The notes under the pieces are model-generated. The model searched no databases. It had not been told where the DNA came from and saw only the letters and a program-made list of their open reading frames with translations. DNA of 64,000 bases from an uncultured bacterium (lineage in GTDB: Bacteria > Krumholzibacteriota > Krumholzibacteriia > Krumholzibacteriales > Krumholzibacteriaceae), in contig CAWBAN010000002.1 in assembly GCA_963786935.1 (NCBI GenBank), positions 256,001-320,000 on the forward strand, written 5' to 3'. Of this stretch, positions 19,763-28,661 are shown in pieces; position 1 is the first letter of the stretch; the number at the start of each line of letters is the position of its first letter. Position numbers and translations under genes: made by a program.

Positions 19763-20971
19763 CTACCGCGAGAACTCCACTCGATCGACCTCGTCCCATT
19801 CGATCTCGAATTCCTTCTCGCCGCTCGCCGTGACGAAGATTCCGTTGTTGTCGCCGTCGACGTCGTTCGAGCCGCGGAGCTTGAAGCTGCGGCCGTCCCA
19901 CATTGTCACGATCGATCCGTTGAAGCCGGACGGCGCGATCGACTTGATCGCGCCGAAGACGACGTCGAACTGGAGATCGCGATATTCGCCGTCGAGAATC
20001 TCCCACGTGAACTCCTCGTCGTCGTCCCATCGGATCGTGCCCGAGTATTTCTTGCCGTCGTCCGTGTATACAGCGCCGGTGAGGGGCCTGCCGCCGTCGA
20101 ATTTATCGTATGCGAGGGGCGCCGGGGGCGTTTTGAACTCGAGCTTGTCGAACTCGTCCCAGCCCGCCGTGACCTGGCCGATTCCGGGGTCGTACACGCA
20201 GATGCCGCGATTCGAATCGTCGACGTCGTTCGTCTCGCGGAGCACGATCTTGTCGCCGTCCGTCAGATTCACCGTGGCGCCGCCCGAGCCGCGCCGCTCG
20301 ATCGATTTGATCTTGCCGAACGGGACCTTGCGCGAGTGATCCTTGTACTCGCCGTCGAGCACGTCCTTCGCGAAAAGCTCGTCGAGGTCCCATCCGACCC
20401 ATCCCGTGTACTCGTCCCCCGCCCGCGTCGTGAGCGTGCCGTAGAGGCGATCGCCGAAGGTCGACGGGAGATCGGCCGGCCCCTGCGAGAGCTCGACCGT
20501 GTCGATCTCGTCCCAGTCGAACTCGATTTCTCCCTCTTTCGTGTCCTCGATGACGACCCCGCGGTTTTCGCTTCCGAGGTCCGTCGATCCGCCTTCGAGC
20601 CGGATCTTCTCGCCCGATTTGAGCGTCAGCCGTACGGCGTCCCCGCGGAGCGGCTCGATCGTCTTGATGTGGCCGAAGCAGATACCCGATTGGACGTTGT
20701 CGCCGCCGTCCGAATCCCAGCGTTCCCCGATCGTGATGCCGAATATCCTGACCGATTCGTGGCGGGAGCCGTGGCTCCGGTGGGATTCCTTGTCGCCGTT
20801 GAGGATGTCGCACCAGGAGCCCTCGTTCTTATCCCAGCGGATGAGCCCCTGATAGACGTCTCCGTCAACCGTCGTGATTTTGCCGTAGATCCTGCCACTG
20901 TCAGCCGAAGCTGTTGAAAGAAAAGCAATTAGCAATATGGCGGCTGAAGCGAAAATGGCGCTCAGTTTCAT
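19763..20971 (-). CDS. Exported acidic protein built of three internal repeats
   Basis: GGAGG RBS, signal peptide, 3x G.(I/L/V).T..G..Y.G.(I/V).WD..E......L.G. Confidence 0.8.
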   Translation of the reverse strand: MKLSAIFASAAILLIAFLSTASADSGRIYGKITTVDGDVYQGLIRWDKNEGSWCDILNGDKESHRSHGSRHESVRIFGITIGERWDSDGGDNVQSGICFGHIKTIEPLRGDAVRLTLKSGEKIRLEGGSTDLGSENRGVVIEDTKEGEIEFDWDEIDTVELSQGPADLPSTFGDRLYGTLTTRAGDEYTGWVGWDLDELFAKDVLDGEYKDHSRKVPFGKIKSIERRGSGGATVNLTDGDKIVLRETNDVDDSNRGICVYDPGIGQVTAGWDEFDKLEFKTPPAPLAYDKFDGGRPLTGAVYTDDGKKYSGTIRWDDDEEFTWEILDGEYRDLQFDVVFGAIKSIAPSGFNGSIVTMWDGRSFKLRGSNDVDGDNNGIFVTASGEKEFEIEWDEVDRVEFSR

Positions 20972-21107
20972 GTTCCTGCACCTCCGATTATATGGATACC
21001 CATGCAATTTATACGCGCGCGCGAGGCGAATGGTTGCAGGCGGCGCCGAATTAATGCAACAATCGGGAATCCGCGAGCGTTCTTGAATGAGAGAGGAGGG
21101 AACGCTT

Positions 21108-21488
21108 ATGGAAAAGCATATAACGATTGTCGCCGCGCTCAGAATCGGCAACGGCCTGCTGGCGCTGATGGTCGCCGGGATCGTTCTCCTGGTCTTCATC
21201 GGTCCGGGCATCCTCGCCGAGTGTTGCGACGGGGACGCCGAGGCGCTGATGATACTCACGGCGATCGCGATACCGATCGCGTTCGTTTTTCTCGTGTCCG
21301 CCGTGCTCGACTTCATCGGCGGCATCGGAATCCTACGGCACAAGAACTGGGCCCGGTATCTCGTCATGGTGCACTCCGTGCTCGATCTGTTCAACATTCC
21401 CATCGGCACGGCGTTCGGAATCTACTGCATCTGGGCGCTCGCCCACGACGAGACCGCGCGGATGTTCAACAAACCCGCCGGAGAATAG
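21108..21488 (+). CDS. Hypothetical membrane protein
   Basis: Strong RBS; TM helices, WARYL, PIGTAFGIY. Confidence 0.75.
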   Translation: MEKHITIVAALRIGNGLLALMVAGIVLLVFIGPGILAECCDGDAEALMILTAIAIPIAFVFLVSAVLDFIGGIGILRHKNWARYLVMVHSVLDLFNIPIGTAFGIYCIWALAHDETARMFNKPAGE

Positions 21489-21494
21489 GAGCGA

Positions 21495-22880
21495 ATGCGC
21501 CGCCTTTCGCCGGCTCAAGCGGCAGCGCTCGTCTGGTGCGCGATCACCGTCGCGATGATCGCGCACGCTCTCGGTGTGTACTCCGCCGGCGGCGTCGAGG
21601 GGCTCAAGGCGGTCATCCAGCAGGGGCCCCTCTCCGACGTCGCGATCACGTTCTTCTCCGCCGCGCTCGCGTGGCTCCTCGCCGGCGCCTTCCTGCTGCT
21701 CGTCGCGCGCCGGATCATTCATAAGGGAAACGCCGTCACCGCCGCGTGCTTCTTCGTTGTGGCGCTCCTCTACGTCAATTTCCTGCGCGAGCGCACCGTG
21801 TACGGCGACATTCTCGATTACGTCAAGGCGGCGGGGAACCTCTATCGGGGTGAGCCGCTCCACGAGCGCTACCTCTATCCGCCGCTCTGGGCGACGCTGC
21901 TGAAGCCGCTCGTGCCGTTCGGCTGGCGCGCGATCTTCGACGTCTGCTGGATTCTGAACGCGCTCTCCCTCTTCGCGTTCTTCTTTCTGCTGCACGCGGC
22001 GCTGAAACGGTACGGCTTCGGGGCGAGCCTCGCCGCGATCGTCACGGCCGTCTTCATGCTCGTCAACGCGCCGGTCATCCGGACCCTCTGCTACGTGCAG
22101 GTCAATTTCCACGTGATGAACCTGATCCTCGCCGCGCTGCTCCTCTATCCGCGGTCGGCGGCGCTCTCGGCGCTCGCATTGGCGCTCGCCGTTCACCTCA
22201 AGGCGTCCCCCGCGGTGCTCGCGCTCGCGTTTCTCTCGCGGCGCGACTGGAAGTGGCTCGCGTGGTTCGCTGGATCGACGATCGGGATCGGCGTTTTGAC
22301 GGTCGCCGGCTCCGGGCTCGCGGCGTATCGAGAATTTCTCGCGAACGTCGGGGCGCTCTATGGAGCGGGGGATCCGAGCTTCCGGGAAAATTCGATCGAT
22401 TCGTTTGTGACGGCGCTCTTCGCCTCGCTCGGCGCCGGGCCGGCGTTCGTGCAGTATCTCGCGGCGCCGCTGAAGATCGTCGCGGCCTTCGCGGCGATCG
22501 CCGTCATGTCGCGGAACACGCGGCGCGAGACGTTCCTCGCGGGCGGAGGGGAAAACGGGCGCGTCCTCAACGCCGTGCCCGCACTCCTTGCGCTCATGAC
22601 GCTTCTCTCGCCGCTCATGTGGGAGCACCACGGCGTATTCCTCGCGCTTTCGTTTCTCGTGATGCTGAAGAAGCTCTCGTCGGCCGGAGAATGGGCGGTC
22701 TTCGGCGCGGCGTATTTCCTCGCATTCCTCGTGCCGACGTTCGATTTCTTCCCGTGGTCGTACGGGCGGCTGCTCGCGATCCTCGCGTGGCTCTGGCTCG
22801 CGTGGCGCGTGTCGGGCCGGGCGGGGGCGTCGGCCGCGTTCGAACGGGTGAACGCGGCGCTGGAGCGTGCGTCGTCATGA
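21495..22880 (+). CDS. GT87/DUF2029-like membrane glycosyltransferase
   Basis: YLYPP, QVN, HLKASP, SPLMWEHH; multi-TM. Confidence 0.8.
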   Translation: MRRLSPAQAAALVWCAITVAMIAHALGVYSAGGVEGLKAVIQQGPLSDVAITFFSAALAWLLAGAFLLLVARRIIHKGNAVTAACFFVVALLYVNFLRERTVYGDILDYVKAAGNLYRGEPLHERYLYPPLWATLLKPLVPFGWRAIFDVCWILNALSLFAFFFLLHAALKRYGFGASLAAIVTAVFMLVNAPVIRTLCYVQVNFHVMNLILAALLLYPRSAALSALALALAVHLKASPAVLALAFLSRRDWKWLAWFAGSTIGIGVLTVAGSGLAAYREFLANVGALYGAGDPSFRENSIDSFVTALFASLGAGPAFVQYLAAPLKIVAAFAAIAVMSRNTRRETFLAGGGENGRVLNAVPALLALMTLLSPLMWEHHGVFLALSFLVMLKKLSSAGEWAVFGAAYFLAFLVPTFDFFPWSYGRLLAILAWLWLAWRVSGRAGASAAFERVNAALERASS

Positions 22881-23926
22881 ACACGACGGACATCCCCGCG
22901 GGCGGCGCGCGCCCCCGCTGGACGACATTCGCGATCATCCTCTCCGTCTCCGCCGTCCTCGCGTACATCTATTTCAGGCAGGTGGGGAGCCCGTATGCCG
23001 TGGAACGCATCGAGCTCCACGAGCGGATACTCGCGGGAGCCGCGGAATCGCCGTACCGCTACCGCGTGCTCGTGCCGTGCCTCGCGGAAGGGCTCACGCG
23101 CGCATTGAGCGCGGCGCTTCCGGGGGGCAAGGCGTTCCTTCTCTCGTATGCGCTCCTCGATCTCGCGGCGATCCTGCTCCTGCTCGGCGTTCTCTACCGC
23201 TATCTCAGGGCGTGGTTCACGAGCGATCAGGCGCTCATCGGTGTGCTGTTCGCGGCCGCGACGATGCCGATGGCGCTCAGAGATCACTACTACCAGCCAT
23301 GGAGCGTCCTCGAGGCGGGGCTCTTCGCGGCGGGACTGCTCTGCATCCGCGACCGGCTCTATGTCTTGCTCGCGCTGATCGTGGCGCTCGCGTCGTTCAA
23401 CCGGGAGACGGCGGTGTTCATCCCGCTCGCGTTTCTCGTCTGCGCCATCGGTGAGAACGGGACGGACAACGAGAACGACGAGAGCGGCGCGAAGCGCGCG
23501 CACGATCTCTCGAGGCGAAGGTTCATCCTTCTCTTCGCCGCCTACGTCGCGATATGGGCTGTTGTGTTCTTCGGGCTGCGGTGGTTCTTCGGCGAGGGTC
23601 CGCGCATCGTTTCGGTCCGGGAGCTTCTCGCGAGAAACACGATCCGGCCGGCGATCTTCCGGACGGCCGTGCACCTCGCGCTCATCTTCGGCGCGTTCTG
23701 GCTGTTCGCGATCTTCGGGTTCCGCCGCTCGCCCCCGTTCGTGAAGCGCACCGTTCTGCTGGCGCCCGCGTACCTCGTCGTCATCGCCCTCTGGGGCGTC
23801 TGGTACGAGGTGCGGCTCCTCATGCCGCTCTATGCGATCGTCGTGCCGCTCGGGCTTTCGTTCCTCTACCCCCGCGGCGAGGCTTACCCGGCGCCCCGGT
23901 CCCCGGAGAACCCGCCGAATCCCTGA
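22877..23926 (+). CDS. GT-C-like polytopic membrane protein
   Basis: PYRYRVLVP, NRET, EVRLLMP; ATGA overlap. Confidence 0.7.
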   Translation: MNTTDIPAGGARPRWTTFAIILSVSAVLAYIYFRQVGSPYAVERIELHERILAGAAESPYRYRVLVPCLAEGLTRALSAALPGGKAFLLSYALLDLAAILLLLGVLYRYLRAWFTSDQALIGVLFAAATMPMALRDHYYQPWSVLEAGLFAAGLLCIRDRLYVLLALIVALASFNRETAVFIPLAFLVCAIGENGTDNENDESGAKRAHDLSRRRFILLFAAYVAIWAVVFFGLRWFFGEGPRIVSVRELLARNTIRPAIFRTAVHLALIFGAFWLFAIFGFRRSPPFVKRTVLLAPAYLVVIALWGVWYEVRLLMPLYAIVVPLGLSFLYPRGEAYPAPRSPENPPNP

Positions 23927-24038
23927 AATTGCGGCTTGCGCGACGAACGTATGTGCCGCACAATGATCCCCGACCGCTCTGCGCGTCGCGCGCCCTCTGC
24001 GCGCGGGCGCGATGCTCTCTCGTGAAAGGAGGCCGCTC

Positions 24039-24245
24039 ATGACGGCGAACATTGGAACGATCGACCGGGCCATCAGGTTCATTCTGGTTTTTGTCGTGAT
24101 CATTCTCCTCGTGACGAGAACGGTGCATGGCGCGCTCGCCATCATTCTCGGCATCATCGGGGCGATGCTCTTGATCACCGCGTTCGTCAGATACTGCGCG
24201 CTCTACAGCCTCTTGAAGACCACGACGATCAAAAAGGCGAAGTAG
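24039..24245 (+). CDS. DUF2892 (YgaP-like) membrane protein
   Basis: NIGTIDRAIR...YCALYSLL..TT. Confidence 0.85.
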   Translation: MTANIGTIDRAIRFILVFVVIILLVTRTVHGALAIILGIIGAMLLITAFVRYCALYSLLKTTTIKKAK

Positions 24246-24282
24246 CCGGGTCAGGCGAACGTCAATCCCCGAAGGATCGATC

Positions 24283-24687
24283 ATGCCGATCAAGCTGGTT
24301 GCCGCGGCTATCATTATCTCAGGCGGCAGGGTGCTCCTCGCGCGCCGGAAGCAGGGGGACAGCCATCAGGGCTTCTGGGAGTTCCCGGGAGGGGTCGTGG
24401 AGCCGGGCGAAACGGTCGAGGCGTGCCTCGCGCGCGAGCTGAAGGAAGAGCTCGGCGTCGACGCGCGGGTCGGCGAAGAGATCGCGCGGAACGAGCATCG
24501 CTCCGCGCGCGGCGGGATGGACCTCGTGGCGCTGCGCGCGAGCGTCGCGTCCGAGGACTTCACGCTCACGGCGCACGACGCGGTCGAATGGGTGAGGCCG
24601 GGCGATCTCGAGCGCTACAGGCTCGCCCCGGCGGATCTGCCGATCGCCGCGGCGCTCCGCGAAAGGACGGATCTGTTTCGGCCATGA
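24283..24687 (+). CDS. NUDIX hydrolase (MutT/NudG-like)
   Basis: WEFPGGVVEPGE...ARELKEELG Nudix box; LAPAD. Confidence 0.9.
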   Translation: MPIKLVAAAIIISGGRVLLARRKQGDSHQGFWEFPGGVVEPGETVEACLARELKEELGVDARVGEEIARNEHRSARGGMDLVALRASVASEDFTLTAHDAVEWVRPGDLERYRLAPADLPIAAALRERTDLFRP

Positions 24688-25874
24688 AGAATGTCATTCT
24701 CAAACGCGGCCGCGAAAAATCGATGCTGCGCAGGCATCCGTGGATATTCTCGGGGGCCATCGCCCGGATCGAGGGAGATCCGCGCGCGGGGGAGACCGTC
24801 GACATTCTCACGGCCGACGGCGCGCTCCTCGCCCGGGGCGCCTATTCCCCCCACTCGCAGATGACGGCGCGGGTGTGGACGTTCGATCCGCAGGAAGAGA
24901 TAACGCCCGAGTTCTTCGCCGCCCGCATCGCGCGCGCCGTCGAGGCGCGCCGCGCGCTCATGGCGGTGGACGGGCCGCCGGGCGTGCGCCTCGTCAACGC
25001 CGAATCGGACGGACTGCCGGGAATCATCGTCGACCGCTACGGCGAGTTCCTCGTCGCACAGTTTCTCACGACGGGGGCGGAGCACTGGAAGACGGCCGTC
25101 GCCGAAGCGCTCATGCGCTTCGAGGGGGTCGCGGGCGTCTACGAGCGCTCCGACGCCGACGTGCGCGAGAAGGAGGGGCTCCCGAAGTGCGCGGGCGCGC
25201 TCGCCGGCGCCGAGCCCCCCGATCTCGTCGAGATCGCCGAGGGCTCGTGTCGGTATCTCGTCGACGTCAAGCGCGGGCACAAGACCGGGTTCTATCTCGA
25301 CCAGCGCGAGAACCGCGCGATGATGGCCGAGTTCGCCCCCGGGGCCGCCGTGCTCAATTGCTTCTCATACACGGGAGGCTTCGGGATCGCGGCGCTCGCG
25401 GCCGGAGCCGTCGCCGCGACGAACGTCGATTCGTCGGCGCGCGCGCTCGAGCTCGCCGCGCGGAACGCGACTCTCAACGGCATCGACGAATCGGAGATCG
25501 AGAACGTCGAGGGGGACGCATTCGCCGTCCTGCGGAAGTGGCGCGAAGAGGGGCGCATGTTCGACGTGATCGTTCTCGATCCGCCCAAATTCGCCGAATC
25601 GAAGGCGAATCTCCTGCGCGCGAGCCGCGGATACAAGGACATCAACATGCTCGCCTTCGAGCTGCTCGGGCCGGGCGGGATCCTGTTCACCTTTTCGTGC
25701 TCCGGGCTCATGGAGCCGGATCTCTTCCAGAAGATCGTCGCCGACGCGGCGCTCGACGCAAGGTGCGAGGCGCAGATCGTCAGGCGCCTCGCGCAGGCCG
25801 CCGATCATCCGACGCTCCTCAGCTTCCCCGAGAGCGCCTATCTCAAGGGATTCATCTGCAGGGTCGTGGGCTGA
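24684..25874 (+). CDS. rlmI: 23S rRNA m5C1962 methyltransferase-like
   Basis: RRHPWIFSGA PUA domain, AESDGLPG, GHKTGFYLDQR, VLDPPKFA, YLKG. Confidence 0.88.
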   Translation: MKNVILKRGREKSMLRRHPWIFSGAIARIEGDPRAGETVDILTADGALLARGAYSPHSQMTARVWTFDPQEEITPEFFAARIARAVEARRALMAVDGPPGVRLVNAESDGLPGIIVDRYGEFLVAQFLTTGAEHWKTAVAEALMRFEGVAGVYERSDADVREKEGLPKCAGALAGAEPPDLVEIAEGSCRYLVDVKRGHKTGFYLDQRENRAMMAEFAPGAAVLNCFSYTGGFGIAALAAGAVAATNVDSSARALELAARNATLNGIDESEIENVEGDAFAVLRKWREEGRMFDVIVLDPPKFAESKANLLRASRGYKDINMLAFELLGPGGILFTFSCSGLMEPDLFQKIVADAALDARCEAQIVRRLAQAADHPTLLSFPESAYLKGFICRVVG

Positions 25875-27738
25875 TGCGAACGAAACGGCGCGTGTTTCTC
25901 CGCGCGGCGGCGATCGCCGCACTATCGGCAGCCCTTCTGTTCGCCGGTGTGGTTGGTGTGGTGTCTGATGGGGCCACGCGCGACGGCGGCGCGGCAGCCG
26001 GTGGCGCCCCGGCGAAGATTCCACAGAGACGATGGGTCTATATCTCGACCAACCTGTACGTCGACGAGAACGTCCGAAAGATCGAGGACGTCATGCGGCG
26101 CGCCCGCGCGGCGGATTTCACCGGCGTTCTCCTCTCCGACACGAAGACGCTCGCGGCGCCGCTCCTCGACGAGCCGGAGCGCTGGAAGCGGAACGCGGCG
26201 AAGGTGCGCGCCGCGGCGAGCGAGCTCGGCCTCGAGTTCGTCGTCTCGGTCTTTCCCTTCGGCTACAGCGAGTCGTTCCTCGCGAACGATCCCGACCTCG
26301 CCGCGGGGCTTCCCGTCAAGAACGCCGCGCTCGTGCGGCGCGGCGACCGGCTCGTTCCCGAAGAGACCGCGCTCGTCAAAAACGGATCGTTCGAGGAATA
26401 CAAGGGCGACCGCGTCGAGAGCTTCGGCTTGCAGGACGATTCGGGAAAGGGTTCGTTCGTCGACACGCGCGCGAGCAGGGAAGGACGCGCCTCGCTTCGC
26501 TTCGAAGGCGCGGGCCTCGGGAGAGAGCATGGCTTGGGGCGCGCGTTCCAGAGAATCGCGGTCAAACCGTGGCAGCAGTACCGGATCAGGGTCTGGATGA
26601 AAGCCGATCGTCTGACGGCCGATATGATCGGCGTCGTCGCGCTCGTCGAGCGCCGCACGCTCCAGTATCAGGATCCCGTCGTTCCCGACGACGGGGGATT
26701 CAGATATTCGCCCGGCGCCGATAACCTCACGACGGATTGGATCGAGCAATCGATGACGTTCAACAGCCTCGGATACTCGAGCGTGATCGTCGGCGCGGGC
26801 GTCTGGGGAGCGAAAAGCGGCACGATCTGGTGGGACGATCTGCGCGTCGACGCCGTGCCGGCGCTCAACGTGCTCCGGCGCGAGTCGCTCCCCCTCACGA
26901 TCACCGGCAGGCGCGGCGCCGTGTACGAGGAAGGGAGGGACTTCGATCGGATCGAGGACCCGCTCCTCGGACGGTCCCGCTGGCAGGGGAATTACGACAC
27001 GCGGCACGAGCCCCCCCGATCCGCGTTCCCGCGGGATCGCGCATCCGGGAGGGAGAGCGCGTGTTCCTGTCGTGCTACAACACGCCGATAGTCCATTCCG
27101 GGCAGGTGAGCTGCACTCTCGCCGACGAGAAGATCTTCGACCTGTGCCGGCGGCAGATCGAATTGACGCGCGAGACGCTCGCGCCCGACGGGTATATGTT
27201 CGCTATCGACGAGATTCGCTGCGCCGGATGGGAGCCCGCGGACCGGAAACGCTTCCGGAGCTCCGGGGAGCTCCTCGCGTACAACATGCGCCGATGCGCC
27301 GAGATCGCGCGGGCGGCCGGCGGAGGAAAGCCCCTGTACGTGTGGTCCGACATGTTCGATCCGAATCACAACGCCCGCAAAGACTACTATCTCGTGAACA
27401 ACACCTTCGCGGGATCGTGGAAGGGGCTCGACCGGGACGTCGTCGTCGTGAAATGGGGCCTGCCTGAGAGAGCGGCCGAGAGCCTCGAGTTTTTCTCGAA
27501 GCACGTCGAGAGCGTCATGATCGCCGCGTACTACGACGAGGACGTGGCCGCGAACCGCGCCGTCTGGGCGAATGTCGCGGGCGCGGCCCCGGGCTCCGGC
27601 GAAACGCCTGGCGCGCCCGGCGCGGCCCCGAACGTCTCCGGTTTCATATACACGACCTGGCGCGGCGATTACTCGAAGCTCGAGGAGTTCGCGAGGCTCT
27701 GGTGGGGCGGCGGGCGCGAGGCGCGGGAACAGCGATGA
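25874..27738 (+). pseudogene. Frameshifted Tat-type glycoside hydrolase (GH20-like barrel with inserted carbohydrate-binding domain)
   Basis: KRRVFLR twin-Arg signal; NGSFEE...WWDDL CBM-like insert; frame changes at C7 run 27011-27017; second frame carries DEIR..GW, VWSDMFDP, YTTW. Confidence 0.7.
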
Positions 27739-28640
27739 TGAAGGGCTTCATCTTCGACGTGAGGCGATACGCCATCCACGACGGGCCGGGCATCCGGACG
27801 ACCGTCTTCCTCAAGGGATGCCCGCTCTCGTGCTGGTGGTGCCACAATCCCGAGAGCCAGTCGCCGGCGCCGGAGCTCGTCTTCCGCGCCGGGCGCTGCA
27901 TCGCGTGCGGCGCATGCGTCGAGGCGTGCCCGGAGCACGCGATCTCGTGGAACGGGACGGGTCCGGAGCCGGGTCCCGGCGCGTGCGCGCGCTGCGGCGC
28001 TTGCGCGGAGGCCTGCTGGGCCGAGGCGCGCGCGATCGCGGGGCGCGAGGCGACCGTCGAAGAGGTGATGGCCGAAGTTGAGCGAGATGCCACGTTCTAC
28101 GAACGGTCGGGGGGCGGTGTGACCTTCTCGGGGGGAGAGCCGCTCATGCAAATCGAATTTCTCGACGCGCTGCTGCGGGCGAGCCGCGAGCGCGGATTCC
28201 ACCGGGCCCTCGATACGTGCGGCTACGCGCCGTGGGAGTCGATCGAGCGGATCCGCCGGACGGTCGATCTTTTCCTCTACGACGTCAAGGTCGTCGACGA
28301 CGCGAGGCATCGCGAGCTCACCGGGGTCTCGAACGGGCAAATCGTGGCGAACCTGAAGGCCCTATCGGGCCTCGGCCACGCCATCCGGATTCGTTTTCCG
28401 GTCATTCCGGGAATGAACGACGACGCGGAAAATATCAAGGCTATCGGAGCGCTTTCAAAGGACTTGCCCGCCTTATTAGGAATTGATATAATTCCAAACA
28501 ACAGGCTGGCCGCGGAAAAGTACGCCCGGCTCGGGAGGACGTACCGGCTGGCGGACGCGCCGGCGCTTTCCGCGGAACGGACAGCCGAGATCGCGCACAC
28601 GCTGGGCGCTTTCGGATTGCGCGTGAATATCGGCGGATGA
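27735..28640 (+). CDS. Glycyl-radical enzyme activating enzyme (radical SAM)
   Basis: HDGPGIRTTVFLKGCPLSCWWCHNPE; two ferredoxin Cys clusters; SGGEP. Confidence 0.95.
   Translation: MMKGFIFDVRRYAIHDGPGIRTTVFLKGCPLSCWWCHNPESQSPAPELVFRAGRCIACGACVEACPEHAISWNGTGPEPGPGACARCGACAEACWAEARAIAGREATVEEVMAEVERDATFYERSGGGVTFSGGEPLMQIEFLDALLRASRERGFHRALDTCGYAPWESIERIRRTVDLFLYDVKVVDDARHRELTGVSNGQIVANLKALSGLGHAIRIRFPVIPGMNDDAENIKAIGALSKDLPALLGIDIIPNNRLAAEKYARLGRTYRLADAPALSAERTAEIAHTLGAFGLRVNIGG
28464..28492 (+). promoter_or_regulatory. Putative internal promoter for hypD inside activase ORF
   Basis: TTGCCC-17-TATAAT with extended TG (TGATATAAT) in an AT-rich patch. Confidence 0.6.
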
Positions 28641-28661
28641 ATCCATCCGGGGGTTGATCTC

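Noticed and set aside
24740..25873. Long 5' extensions in the ORF track (24740, 15665, 22253, 19763-21409 and similar)
   Set aside because: Arg/Ala-rich off-frame overlaps with real genes; true starts lie at RBS-supported downstream codons
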